DNA of 64,000 nt from Puccinia triticina (taxonomy: Eukaryota). The stretch covers positions 7,130,001 to 7,194,000 of the forward strand of contig CP110439.1 in the NCBI GenBank assembly GCA_026914245.1. The letters are read 5' to 3'. Positions 13,621 to 26,731 of this stretch are shown piece by piece (position 1 is the stretch's first letter; each line of letters begins with the position of its first letter). Both the position numbers and the translations under genes were made by a program. The notes beneath the pieces are model-generated. The model did no database searches and was not told where the DNA came from. It worked only from the letters and a program-made list of their open reading frames with translations.

Positions 13621-14625
13621 CTCCTCCAGTCCTCTCCTCCAATCTTCCCATCCAATCTTCTCCAATCCCCTCCAACATTCGTGCCCTCTCGCCACACACA
13701 CATGCACACTCCCATCCGTAGCGCCCATCCTCGCGGACGCTTCCATCCATCCCTTCTGTCCTCTTCCTCACCTGCGTTCGTCTCCCCTCTGTGTTTGTGT
13801 TTCTGGCGCGTTTTTCCGCGGTGAATGTTGAATAACTTTGTGCCAGTGTGGTCTGGAGATGTGTGCGGCTGGGGCGTGTGGGCGCCGAGAGCGGATGGAG
13901 GAGGGGACGGGCGGGCGCAATCCTGTGAGAGCAGCTGCCACACATGCAGGATGAGCCAGACCCTAACTTATCAAAGTCCCTTCCCATGCGGGAGGTCGGA
14001 GTTCGGAGTTCGGGTGGTGGTATGGGGGATATCTGTTGGAGCCCCTTTTTGGGGCTTGGCTCAGACTCACTAGACACAAGCACTAGTCCTGGTGCGAGTT
14101 TAGTTTGATCCAATATTATTATCATTGTCTCAAACCACCACAGGTTATGAGCCCTTTTTCTCGTTTTTCTCTGTTTCTCTTATCATCTATCGATCATCCA
14201 ATCATCCTCCCAGCGTGGGGATATCTCTTTTATCATCGACTGCCCAGCGTAGGGCCCATCATCTTAGTATCTCATTTATCGTCAACTGTCCAGCGTAGGA
14301 CCCATCATCGTACTCCTATTAACCGCTCGCTAAGCTTGAAGATAACCGCTGTGAGATAAACTAGAGTCTAGCTAACTCGAACCTGATACCTTGGTACCTA
14401 GGGGGTTGAACCTTACAGTGGGGAAAACAGAGTGAAGCGGGAGGCCAACAGAGTTTTTCATCCTTTCGCTATCCAACCTTGTTTATCGATCCACTACAAT
14501 CGTCCTTTTCTTGTCCTACTCTTCTTTTTTCTACTTGTCTCCCATTCTTATCATAACACTCTCACACATTATTGAACTTTTTACAATTTTTCTTTCCCTT
14601 TTCTATACCACCCTATCCTTTCCCC

Positions 14626-17600
14626 ATGTCTCACTCCCCTCGAAACACTCACTCACCTCCCTCCGCAAACAATCCTTGGCTCCCGGCTGACTTGGCTGGA
14701 ATTTGTCCGGAAGCTTATGCCACCAACAACCCAGCACCAGCTTCGTCCAGTCATCATCGGTCCCAAAGCAGGCACAACTCAACGCCAAGAAACACTGGAC
14801 CGAATATGCCGGGGTTACAAGACGATGGACCCCAAGCTCTGGGTAACGATGGACCAGCGATTTACACCAAAGCTGACATTGCCAGGTTTCTCCAACAGGC
14901 ACAACATCAAAACAGGATGGTTGGACAGAATGTTTGTGATGCAATCGCTACGCTGACCGACGCCCAACGTTTGAAACCGGATGGGTCCAATTTCACGGAT
15001 TGGGATTTGTTTTTGCGTGAACGGATGAGAGAACTCTTTGCCGATCACCTTTGGTTTACGAAGCCAAACCCACATGTGGCCGACGAACAGCTTGGACGTT
15101 CTCTTCTGTTGGCAACGGTGGATGCGTCCATGGTTCGACTGTTGTTGAAACAGACCACAGGCCACAATATGTATGATCACCTTTGTTCCCGTTTCAATAA
15201 CATTACTCGGGCCAAACAGATGCTTTGTTGGGAAAAGCTCAAGAATTTCAAGTTGTCCGATTACGACAGCAGTACCACTGCAATGAGCCGCCTTTTAGAG
15301 CTCCTCAACGGTTTCACCACTTTACAGCTAGAGCTCAATTGCGAGAATGTCGGTGGCCTGGTCCTTCAATCGGCTTTGGAGTCTGGTTTGGAACATCGTT
15401 GGGAAGTCAATCGTCGAGTTGAACAGGATTTGGCGAGCGGGAGCAGGACGTTATCCAGGAGAGCAGTGATGACCGATCAAATACTCAAACATATCGATGT
15501 GGTGAAACAACAGCTGGACATGAATGCGCAGGCGCCGTCATCATTTAGTGCGCGGGTACCAGACATGGCGACATACAACATGCCGGGTCCGTACGCACAT
15601 GCGATGGAGCTATACCACCCGGATTTCTGGCCAAATCTCCCTCCTCAAGTTGAAGGAATGGCGATTCAAGGCATGCAATGTTGGAACTGTCGATTGCCAG
15701 ACCATTTCCTCAGCAAGTGTCCAGTACCAAGAAGGACCAATCTCGACCGTCCTCCGGTTGTTCCCCGATTCAACAATCGTTTTCCTGCGAGCGGGGGAAT
15801 GCAACCAGTCGTATCGCCTGGTAATTTCCAGGCTTGGTACCCGATCGTCACGCCGCCGGGTCTTGTGCCTCAGAACTACCATCCTGCCCCCCGTCAGTTC
15901 ACCCCGGCACAGAATCAGTTTGTTCCCGCCAACTCAGCTCGAAGACCAGACTTGTACCGACCGGACAACCGCTCCGGCGTTCTCGCCCCAGTATTGTCCC
16001 CCACCAGCTAGCACTTCACACCAACCCACCCATACGGCGACGCAACAGTTTCAGCAGGAGGCGCCTTCCATTCCACATTCAGTGGCCCGGGTACTGGAGA
16101 TTGGGTGCCTTGATCAAGAGCTGGAGTCGGGTTTGGAGCCTTGCTTTAGCCAACTGGCTCTGGACAAGGGAGATGATCCAGTGATTGACACTAGTGCAAC
16201 GCATCATCTGACGGGTAACCGGTATGTTTTGGCTTCTTTTTGCAAATTTTCGGCTCCTATTCCGCTCCGAGTGGCCACTAAGAGTGGCGGTTCCTTTATC
16301 ACAGGGGCTGGGGACCTCTTATTTCGGACCCTGAGTGGGCAAATTGCAACTCTTAAAGGAGTGCTTTTTTGTGAGCATGCAACATCTACGCTCATCTCTC
16401 TGGCAGCTCTCAGGAAGGCTGACTCGTGATTCTTATATAATCACGTGAAGGATGCCTTTGACATATTTTCACCTAATTGGGAATTGCTTTTCAGTTGCCC
16501 TTTACGACGCGAAGCCAACAAATGGTGTTTCCCTCGACCCTTGTCACCTAGTTCCCTTGAGATGAACTCCAATCTACCCATATCCTCGGTTTCTCTACAT
16601 TCTGTCTCTGATCAGGCTGTCTCCTCAACGCCTGATTCCCTTCCTCAATCTCATTCTTCTGTTTCGCGTAACTTGAATTCTGAAATAAAAAGCGCTTGCA
16701 ATGATACAACTAACTCTGTTCCTGATAAGTTTTCCGATACGGTATCAGGCCTATCGTCTAAGTCAGCGCCAGGAGATGTGTTTGAGTCACCTTTGGAACT
16801 GAATCCAAGTTTCACTTGGCGACCGGAGGATCTGACCAAGGACAAATCAACCCTCCTATTCTGGCATCGCATTTTTGGGCATGCTAGTCTGAGGGTGATT
16901 AGGCGACTGGTAAATCAAAAGGCAGCTTTTGGACTTCCGGAGAAGATGCCGTCGGGGCAACTGAGATGCCCGGTATGTGCGACACACAAAGGGACGCGGA
17001 CAGCCACTCTGGCTAGGTCAAATATGTCTGTTTTGCCACTCGAGATCCTTAATGCAGATCTGATGGGTCCGTTCCCTGTTGAGACTTACAACAAAGGGAA
17101 ATATGTGCTATGTATAAAAGATCTGGGATCAGGTTATAACGAGATTAAAACCATGGCTAACAAATCTGATGCAAACAAGCATATTATTGACACCATTAAT
17201 CGTTTAGAACGGCAGACGGAAAAGAAAGTCAAGGTTCTTTGCAGTGATAACGGAGGAGAATTTGCTAACAAAGTTCTAGTTGATTTTCTGGTGAATAAGG
17301 GAATTTGAGCAGAGCGAAGCTTACCATACCACCATTACCAGAATGGCGTTGTTGAACGGTTCAATAGGACAGTAACGGAAATGGGATGCAGTGTTCTTGG
17401 CAATAGCAAGCTACCTCAGCGATTCTGGGGTTTTGCTTTTGAATGGTCTTCGTGGGTTCTGAACAGATTGCCGAACAAATCGAGCGGCCAGAAGACTCCA
17501 TACAAAGTTGTTTTTGGAACGATGCCCCAACTGGACAAGGCCCGCATTTTTGGAAGTGTAGCGTATGTCTTGACTCCTCCGGAAAAGAGGAACAAATTGG

Positions 17601-20600
17601 CAGATCGAGCGTTTTGGGCGCATGTCATCGCGCACCTCGGTGATAGTAAAGGGTGGATGTTCTGGGTGCCAGAAACGGACAAGCTGGTTTCTTGGGCTTG
17701 GGCAACTTTTGAAGATACTCTGGGACCTAGAATGGTTCAACAGTCACATCTTGATTCAAAAGTACAGACTAATTTGAAAATACATCCAACTACTAATGTT
17801 GTGACTTTAGGCGATTTTTCACAGGAATTAGCTTTTGAGAGGGAAGAGCGTCTGGTGGACGAGATCATCGAGACATGCGGCTTTTACATGGCAGGTATCC
17901 CGAAAACTTTCAAGCAAGCGCAGAAGTCAAACGACTGGGAGCATTGGAAGAAAGCGGTTGAGGAAGAACTTGGTAACCTGGATCAAAAGCAGGTTTGGCA
18001 AGTTTGCGTTATGGATACTCCAAAGCGGGAACTGGACGGACGTTGGGTTTTCGCGATCAAAACAGCGGCAGATGGGACAATGACCCGGTATAAAGCGCGG
18101 TATGTTGCGAGGGGTTTTGCGCAGATTCCAGGGAAAGATTTCAAGGAGACCTTTGCGCCCACAGCAACGTTTGCCTCCATGCGTTTAGTACTGACGCTAG
18201 CAGTTGCCCATAAGTGGCCAGTACACTCATGTGATTATGATTTTGTAGCGGCGTATCTCAATTCCGAAATCAACGAAGAAATTTGGATAAAGCCCCCGGT
18301 GTAGGGACTCTTGTGGGACACTAAATGTTTATTTGGTGAAAATATCCTCTGAGGGGGAAATAAATTGCTAATAGGTTGAAAGGCTATTACAACTTACGGG
18401 TGGTTTGAAAGACCTGCCCCTCTAATGGTACTATGCAAATAACTAAGAGTCTTGTAATCAATATTTATAAAGATGTGGCTGATTCCAAGATAGATCTTAC
18501 TTTTGTATAGTAATCTCTATCAGACCTAGATTCCTCAAATCACTATTCTTGCAGATCTGTTACAACTTCTGATGCTGGAGGGATAATGTAATCCAGTGGG
18601 ATCAATTATGTAAAATACAATTGTTGTTGATGTTGGGTTGTTGATGAGAAGGTTGGTAATGATCTCTTCCTTAAGCAATCTCTTGATAAGGCACTTTAAT
18701 CAATACTAGAGCTCCTGGTTGCTACTACACTACTACTACTTGTTATAATTGTTGTTGATGAAGTTGGTAATAATCTCTTCCTTAACAATCTCTTGATAAG
18801 GCACTTTAATTACTACTAGAGCTCCTGACTACTACTACTACTACTGACTCAAACTTAACACTACCACTACCACTACCACTACCACTAAAATACCACTAAA
18901 CTACCACTGTAACTAAACTAACCACTGTGACCAAACCTCTGTAGGCTGATGGGGAAAAGATCTGATGAGGGGGGGAAAGAGGCCTCCTTATATATTGAAG
19001 GGTGAGGGAATTTAGCTCCAGGGGAACTCCTTGTGAGGGCTATTTTCTGCAGGGGATATCAGTTGCACAGCAAGATATGCATGTGTTGCACTGCCTGCCA
19101 AACAATTAGGTAATGGATTCTGCAGGAGGGGATATCAGTTGCACAGCAATATATGCATGTGTTGCACTGCCTGCCAAAGAATGATGTAATTGATTCTGCA
19201 GGAAGGCTCCTTGAACACCTTATCTCCCTGCATATGCTGCACTGCATGATATCATGTGTTGCTAGGTGACCCAAACAACCTTCCGTAACCTACCATATGC
19301 CTGCATGTCCAGCTGTTGCCTTCTTCCATCCAGAATATTGGGGGTCAAAGCCTCTCCTCCCACCTTGCTCCATCCTTCCTTCTTCCTCCTCCCTAATTAA
19401 TACTTACATCCATATCCCATCATACTGAATCCTAGACCCTTATAAAGTAATATACCACCCTTATAAAGATAATATACCCTTACACAAGTAATATACCCTT
19501 ATAACACTGCCTTACTTGATACACCACACCATCCTCCCTTCCATTCCTGGTTGAGACATGTGCTCCCAATACCTTCCACCTCTTCTATTGATAACATCCT
19601 TCCACCTCCCTGCCATCCTACCTAGTCATGGTCCTCCATTCCATCCCTGATCACGCCGTCCATCCTACATGATCCTAGTCTGCCGTTCCGTCCGTGCTAA
19701 CACTATCCCTCATCCATCTGTCTGTATCTGTAATGAATCCATTCCTCCCATCAACACATACACTGCTTGTATTATATATAACTTCCTCCTCTTATAATGA
19801 ATGATAGCTGTATCTATGCTGTCTCAATACCTCTGCAATGTGCTTTTGGCATTGTCACGCCAATGGAGCACCACACCGGAAGGAATGCAGCTCAAGCCGG
19901 GTGAAGGACTTCGTCTGAAGAAAGCACTGTATGGCACCAGGCAGGCAGCACGTTGCTGGTGGCTCCATCTGCGTGATATCTTGAAAGATTTGGGGTATAC
20001 GGCGAGTCACTATGACACTAGCCTCTATGTCCTGCAGGACCCGTCGAAAACAGGTGTCATATGGGTGCATGTGGATGATGGCATCGTCACAGGGGACTCA
20101 GTCAAGGCGTTGAAGGATCTGGAAAGCGCGTTGGCTGGGAAGTTGGAAATCAAGTGGGAAGAAGAACTGTCCTCCATTGTAGGAGTTGAAATAGTACGCA
20201 CCCCTGACTCCTTTGTTTTAAGCCAGCGCAAGCTGGTGAAAGATATCCTTGACAATCATTGGGATGGTGTGACCACTGCCAAGACACCGTTACCTGCTAA
20301 TCTGGACATTAACTCAGAGCAGGAAGGCAATCCCGCTTCCTCCAAAAAGTTTTTATCTGTAGTGATGTTGTTGAGCTATGTGGCAGTAGGAACCCATCCA
20401 GATATTTCTCTTGCAGTCAATTTTTTGGCACGTTTTTCTGCGGCACCGGGACCAACTCATTGGAAAGGGGTTCAACACCTCGTGAACTACCTGGCACACT
20501 CAAAGGACGAAGTTCTGACATTACGGCCAAAGATGCAAGGACCAGCTTTGAAGTGTTTCTGTGACGCGTCGTGGGGCGGGGAACACTCAAAGTCAACTTA

Positions 20601-21000
20601 TGGTTTGTTTCTGACATTCTTGGGTTGTCCTATCATCTGGGCTTCGTGGCGTTTGGCCACGGTGGCGGCATCAACGTGTGAAGCCGAATACATGGCGTTG
20701 GGCATCACTACAAGACAGGTTCTATGGGTATGACACTTACTGAAAGACATTGTACGTAAAGATTTCTGTGGTCAACTTTATTGCGACAATCAATCGGCCG
20801 TTAAGATTGGTACAGACGATTCTTCTAATAAGAGGGCGCATCACACTGAGAGGGAGTTTGCCATAACTAATCAAGCTTTATATCAAAAGAAGACAGAGAT
20901 CACCTGGGTGCCCACAGCTGAACAGCTGGCGGATATTCTCACTAAATCACTGACAAGGGAGCCTTTTGAACGTCTGAAGAGGCACCTTCTGGGGGGATAA
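14626..21000 (+). pseudogene. Copia gag-pol polyprotein, disrupted
   Basis: Zn knuckle CWNCRLPDHFLSKC; protease IDTSATHHL; WHRIFGH..CPVC; integrase DLMGPF/SDNGGEF; RT YKARYVARG, LKKALYG, HVDD; RNase H CDASW/EAEY/ADILTK. Frameshift near 15960-16011, TGA stops ending 16429, 17308 and 20733, and an insertion at 18300. Confidence 0.93.
18300..19875 (-). mobile_element. Nested ~1.58-kb insertion, probable solo LTR, inside the copia RT
   Basis: TG...CA ends with 4-bp TSD CCGG (18296-18299, 19876-19879). Removal restores RT frame K-P-P-E-G-M. Contains internal direct repeats and (CTA)n/(CAC)n tracts. Orientation is inferred from a TATA-like motif near 18990. Confidence 0.8.
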
Positions 21001-21296
21001 AGTTTTTGTTTCTTTCTCTTCTCTTTCTTTTATTATTTTTCCTCTTTCTTTTGTGATATTTCTGTTTTCTCTACTATTCTTATTTTTACATTTTTCTCTT
21101 TCTGGAAGTTGTATATAGTTCAGGACGAGTCTTGTGTCTAGGTGAGGGGGGGGGGTGTTGGAGCCCCTTTTTGGGGCTTGGCTCAGACTCACTACACACA
21201 AGCACTAGTCCTGGTGCGAGTTTAGTTTGATCCAATATTATTATCATTGTCTCAAACCACCACAATATCTCATTTGGGTGGAGCTTAAGTTTGGCT

Positions 21297-21885
21297 GGTG
21301 GCGAAGCCACCCCTCCCGCAGGGAGGGACTTAGACCCAATGTGGGGGTCGTGGCGCGTAGGCCACCCACCAAAAAGTGGCGAAAACACACTCTTTGAATT
21401 TTACAGCCTACAGCTTTGATGCTGTCCGTCCCAGCTACAGGAACTTAGAAGCTTGTCGATGGTGCCGATTTTTAGAGCTGATCGTCCCCTCACCCAGCCG
21501 ACCAGAAGATTTTTTTGTAGATTTTTGAAGCAAGTCAAGGCAAGCCAGAAACATCCATATCTTACGCGGTGCTTGAGCCCGGGGGTCCGAGCACAGCCAG
21601 TTTTTGTCTGGCTTCTTCATCGTTTCTTTTTTGTTTGAACAGATCTGCTAAAATTCTGAGTCGACAGAAAGATAGCCGGGATGCCGGAGCATCTGTTAAT
21701 GCCTGGGAACTCATATGTAGCTCGCAAAACGAGCAAGCTACGGCCTGTGTAAGCTGAACCACACTTTTCCGAGATTCTCTACGCGCCACGACCCCCACTT
21801 TAGTCCTAAGTCACTCCCTGCGGTCGGGTTCACTCTGCTCCCCACTGAGCCTAGCAGGGGAGGGACTTTGTTAAGTTAGAGCCAG
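21297..21885. mobile_element. Putative fold-back element bounded by ~45-bp inverted repeats and hairpin clusters
   Basis: 21316-21360 CCGCAGGGAGGGACTTAGACCCAATGTGGGGGTCGTGGCGCGTAG is an inverted near-copy of 21779-21823. No TSD identified. Confidence 0.55.
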
Positions 21886-22561
21886 ACCCGCCTGCCACCA
21901 CATGTATGTGCTGTTGGCAAAAGCACCTCCGCGCGCCAAGCCTTCCTGTTGCCCTTGATGCGATGAGTGTCACGAGAGAAACACGGCTATTTGTCGGGGA
22001 AGTGGGGCGGAGGCGCCCTGCACCTAACTGGGCTAAAGGGTCCCTGCGGGACAGCGTCCCCCCTCCAACAGAGGCACTTGGTTTTAAGTTAGGACCTGCA
22101 CCGGGTCGGGTGCTATAACAAATACAGCGTGGCTTGGGCCGGATTCTCCTTCTCTTTCTTTGGTCGCCAGGGTGCATTTGTTCCGATCCGGCGTTGGGCG
22201 AGACGTTGCCGGACCTGTGTGTTTCCGAATGCGCTCGTCCCCCTTGTGTGTGGGTGTTTCGTCATTAGATTCATCTCAATATACTGGCGCTGCTTTGTGG
22301 CACCTGTTCCCTCGATACGATATGGATATCAATCATCGCTACGGGAGCCACAAGGGGCTGGGATGAAAAACGCTGCTGATAATTTGACTCGGGCGATATA
22401 TATTTATAACCATCCACGGTTCCGTGGGTCGGCGAGCCAGTTTCATCCCCGTACATAGTTACATCCAAACGTTTCCTCTCCTTCACTTTTGATATCGAGA
22501 AAGCAGATTGACATCTCCTTCAGGCCAACTCTAGCGCAACTCAAGCAGATCTAATCTCCAG

Positions 22562-23608
22562 ATGTCCATCCTCTTCTCACTTTTCATCGTTGCCAACCTT
22601 GCCTGCTTCCCGTCCGTCGCCGGCCAAACAGGCGCCACAACTGCCGGTCCATCAGCCTCCCTCACCACCGCACTTCCTGGCGGCAGCAACACACTGACCA
22701 CCAGCAATGCGCTGAGTTCCACGAACACACTGGCTACCACCAACACAGGCACCTCCACCGCCAACCTCGGTACCGCCAATAATGCACTTGGTACCGCCAC
22801 CAATGCACTTGGCACCACCACCACCCAGAGTACCGGATCATCTGGCAACGGCTCACCTGGCGGCACCAAGCAGCCGGACACCGGGTCCTACTACTCCTGC
22901 TCTCAAGCATTCGCGCCGCTGGATGAGGATCAGACGCTGCTTTTCGACCGGCCAGGTAACTTCACTTCTTGCCAATTGCGCAGATAGCCCTGCAGTGTCC
23001 TCAGAGATTGAAACATATCATTACTTTCCAGTTCCCGAGGCTGCGGCCTACTGCAAAAGCCAAGACAGCGAAGACCATCTCGCGTGTGCCCTACGCTCCT
23101 GCATCGGATTCACCAGTACGCGCTTCCATCGAAAGGTTCGCGTTGGTTTTGCCATCGACTGACCGGTTTGATTTTCCTTTTTTTTTTCCTTTTTGTCATC
23201 AGCTTGCAGTACATGCTCTATTGTCACCAGCTCCGCTGATGACCCCCAGGTCACCACAGACGGCAAGGTGATACCTACAGGCCAGAACTGCGAAATAGCG
23301 TATCACAGGAGTCCAAAAGCAGGAGAGCCATCGCGTAAGGGCGTCTTCTACCTTCCTCGAACATGCGCTGTCTGCTGATACAATTTACTCGTCCTTCCCG
23401 CTTGATAGTCTGTCTGACTGCTGCACTCAACGTCTTGCAATGCAAAGGCAACTGTGACAAAGCTACTTGTGAGTCCTGCCATCACCAATCAAAGTCGGGA
23501 GAACAGGAAGCGTCGGCCGCTCATCAGTTATCTTTGCCCTCTGTAGCTTGCGGAACCTGCTTCAAAGTCACCGAGACATCGGACCAAACCAAGAGCGCTG
23601 CGTCCTAG
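22562..23608 (+). CDS. Cys-rich secreted protein (candidate effector), Thr/Gly/Ser-rich N-half; 4 exons, ~269 aa
   Basis: Exons 22562-22955, 23032-23115, 23203-23334, 23409-23608. Hydrophobic leader MSILFSLFIVANLACFPSVAG. 14 Cys in the C-terminal half. Confidence 0.8.
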
Positions 23609-24204
23609 CACCATGCGTGCAGATTTATCTTGTATGAACAGCCAGCTTTCTGACAGACAAATACCCACCACATAATGTACTTTCTCGAACAAAAAAACAC
23701 TACTTTCGTTTTGAATGGGCGCGTTTGGGGGCGCCGCTGCATCTGCCACTCCACCCTGCTTCCCGAACCAGATCAGGCCCAAGACTGATTCTGTTGCTTT
23801 TCCAAGCTTTGTAAATACCCAATTGTATATTCCTGCATTCCTCCAGTTGACGTGCCCATACTATGTACTCCTACTCATGAACACTTCGAGGACCGATCAA
23901 AAGACCTAGCGACACTCTGCATGGCCATGTATCTGGAAGAGAAGCCCACTGCAAGCGCATGGCAAAGCTCTAATGGGAAGCGAAGTGGCGTGAGGGCCGG
24001 GGAATGGGCACCAAAGCTCACACAAAGACGTTCTTCGTGTGGCTGGCAAGGGGAAGGCGGCTGGGTCCAGTCACCAGGAACGCTAATCAGGATCGTGAAT
24101 AGATCCGTGTTTCCACTGGCGGGCGCCAACCATCATCGGCCAGGTCTTGGCCCTGGGTCGCCCCAAAATGGTTGCTCACACATGCCGCTGTGTAAATCGG
24201 ATCA

Positions 24205-24782
24205 TGGGGCTCAAAATTGCATAAGATTGTTTTGCATAACAGCATGCACTGCGGTTTTGGCAGGGAAATCTTACCTTCAGTTTATACACGTTGAACAAAA
24301 TTTTCTTTGCACTCTTATTGTCTTTTCCAAGAAGTGGACAGAATCAAAAAAAACAATGTTTTTGAAAATCCTTTTCAAATCCCATATCTTCCATATATAC
24401 TCTGAGTTTTCAATTGACATGTGTCAGATATGGCCCAAGGCTAAATTTAAACCCAGAGCCATCATCTTTGAGAAAATGGTCTTGGAGTAGGCTTCATGAA
24501 ACACAAAGGTCGTATTTGAAACTGGAGCTGCTCATTGACCCTCCCAACCGCTTCACGTGGTGATAGACCGCTGCCCTCTGCCCATGCGGAGGGGCCAACT
24601 GAGCACCAGACCATTACACAACCTGCAAGGGAAATTAAGAGGGCTGTGTGATACTCCAGCCAGAAGTTGATCTAGAAATTCAAAATAAACCCTGACACCA
24701 AAACAAAACAGAAAATCGAAAAGGTTCAACCTTCTTGGAAAAGACAATATGTAACCAATTGCATATGCAATTTTGAACACCA
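24205..24782. mobile_element. Degenerate relative of the 3993 MITE carrying a nested element
   Basis: TGGGGCTCAAAATTGCATAAGATT... and ...GCATATGCAATTTTGAACACCA match the ends of the 3993-4149 MITE. Confidence 0.65.
24318..24747. mobile_element. Tc1/mariner-type MITE (TTGTCTTTTCCAAGAAG TIR), TA TSD
   Basis: TA|TTGTCTTTTCCAAGAAG ... CTTCTTGGAAAAGACAA|TA. Interior is homologous (inverted) to 50606-51029. Confidence 0.8.
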
Positions 24783-24906
24783 CAGATAATTTCGTGTGAT
24801 TCTGTTCATTATCCATCTGATACTTATTGTCTTTTGCATAATTCTTGGACAATTTTCCAGAATTCCTGGTTTCATTGACTGTGATCAATGTCATATTTTC
24901 CATATC

Positions 24907-25480
24907 CTCAAGTCAAGCTTGGAGGTGTGTGGTACCAGATTTCAGATAGACATCCTGGCTTCTTGACACATATGAGCTTGTGAGTTGTCTTTGTGTTTGT
25001 TTGTTTTCCAATGTCTCCATGCACATGCATGTGAGCTGTTTTCCACTTTGCCAATGTCACCTTCATGTATGCGCGCACATGATGGTGACAGATCACTGGA
25101 GGGGCCTTTCACAGCTCCATTACAAGTGAAAACTGGTCAGAAAGCTGTTGAAGCACCCGCAATTCACATTTACGTTGTGTGAAACCCCTTGCACATAGAT
25201 AAATTGATCAACATAAATTCAGCATAAATGATTAATAATTGGGCATTGAGTAACTATCATTTCATTATAGGCTGTAATTGAGTTATCCTTAATCTTACAG
25301 TTCTATAGACATTGCATGATGTCCTGTGATACTTCCTCACAAATGATAACAGACTTCCCATTGACTTCTGAATAATGTATTAATCATTTCCTAATACACA
25401 TCTGACTGAAATCAGACCCAGAACAACATAAAATTACAGTCAGGCACTCTCTGGAGAGTGCGTCAAAGTCTCCCCTGGTG
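24907..25480. mobile_element. Truncated copy of the CACCA-type element at 48232-49328
   Basis: Collinear similarity to 48764-49328, ending GGCACTCTCTGGAGAGTGC...CCCCTGGTG. Confidence 0.8.
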
Positions 25481-26288
25481 TACACACTTATGTTTTCTGA
25501 ATACATATGTATGGGCTAGTATTCTTCTAGTATCTTGATTTCCAATATCACTGATCAGCAAGCAAAAAAATCATTTCACTTTTTTTCATCATCTACCCTG
25601 AAAACAAAGCACTAAAAATAAAACAGAAAATGATACACATTGCAAAAAAGGAAATCAACCCTCTTGATGACCAATCTGTCTGGTCACTGATAGGACACAA
25701 CCTGCTCCATGACTAGCTTGTACCGGTCATCAAGAGGTTATCCAAAGTAATCAGCCCTCTCAATGACCGGTCTGACCGGTCATTGAGAGGGGTTGAGTTC
25801 TCTTGATGACTGGTACAAACTGGTGGTGGGGGTTGTTGGTGCAGGCAGGCAAGCACCACCCAAAAAAAGAAGGCAATGAGTGCACATTGCCATGCTGAAA
25901 TATATATATAACAACAGTTGTAAACAGAGCAAATCCTTCTGAAACTTTTGTTGCATATTTTTCTTATATATTCTCAACTTGGAACCTAAAAAGATCATAT
26001 ATGCTTTTTTCTACCTTCTACCTTGAAGAATCCCAAAGGTGTGCAGTTTCTAATAAGATATGTAATTATTTATGGACTTGAATGAAAACTCACTTGAATT
26101 AGGATTCTGGCTCCCAGGAGGTTGCTTACACTGCCTTGGCCCATCTAAAATTTTGAATGTGGGTCTTGAAGATTCTTGTGAGTCAGAACTCCAATCCCCC
26201 TCTTGGAAGGGAAGTTGGAATAGAGTTCTAACTCTCTTTTTCCCTTTTTTTTTCTTTTCAGTCATGCTAGATGCACACCAGATTTTTC

Positions 26289-26731
26289 CTACGTGCGCGC
26301 CAAGAAGCCGTACACAGGTGTGTATGCCATTGGGTTTTGGCGTGCAGGGAAAACTACGCCAAGACACCCCGGCGAGCTGGTAAAATTCCTGCTCGCCAAG
26401 AGAAATATATATCTTTTTGTGAGATGAATTTGTACCAGCTCTCCGGGAGAAATACATACCTCCCGGCGAGGTGAATTTGTAAACCAGCTCGCCAAGGGTA
26501 TTCTTCCTGGTGAGCTGGTCAAAGCCCAGCTCGCCAAGAGGGATGTATTCTTCTTGGCGAGATGGTACAAATCCATCTTGCCAAGTGTTTTGTATTCCTC
26601 TTGGCAAGCCAGTCAAATGCCAAGTATGCAGGCGTACGGGACTGAGGACCGGGTTTCTTGGCGTATGTGTCCCTGCCTGCCAAACATGATGGTGTACGCA
26701 CTTTTCTACGCCCTTTATGGTGTGCGCATAG
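26289..26731. mobile_element. Non-autonomous TIR element with internal palindromic tandem units
   Basis: Imperfect TIRs CTACGTGCGCGCCAAGAAGCCGTA / TACGCCCTTTATGGTGTGCGCATAG. Inner units GGCGAGCTGG..CCAGCTCGCC at 26370-26585. Confidence 0.6.

Larger units (their letters stand above)
14034..21264 (+). mobile_element. Full-length, decayed Ty1/copia LTR retrotransposon
   Basis: LTRs at 14034-14142 and 21156-21264 (TG..CA, 109 bp, 1 mismatch). 5-bp TSD ATATC. PBS GGTTATGAGCCC at 14143. G-rich PPT before the 3' LTR. Domain order gag-PR-IN-RT-RH. Confidence 0.97.

Noticed and set aside
18945..18990. CTGATGA...GAAA hammerhead-like core
   Set aside because: Required stems I-III cannot be formed; it is a purine-rich tract in the solo LTR.
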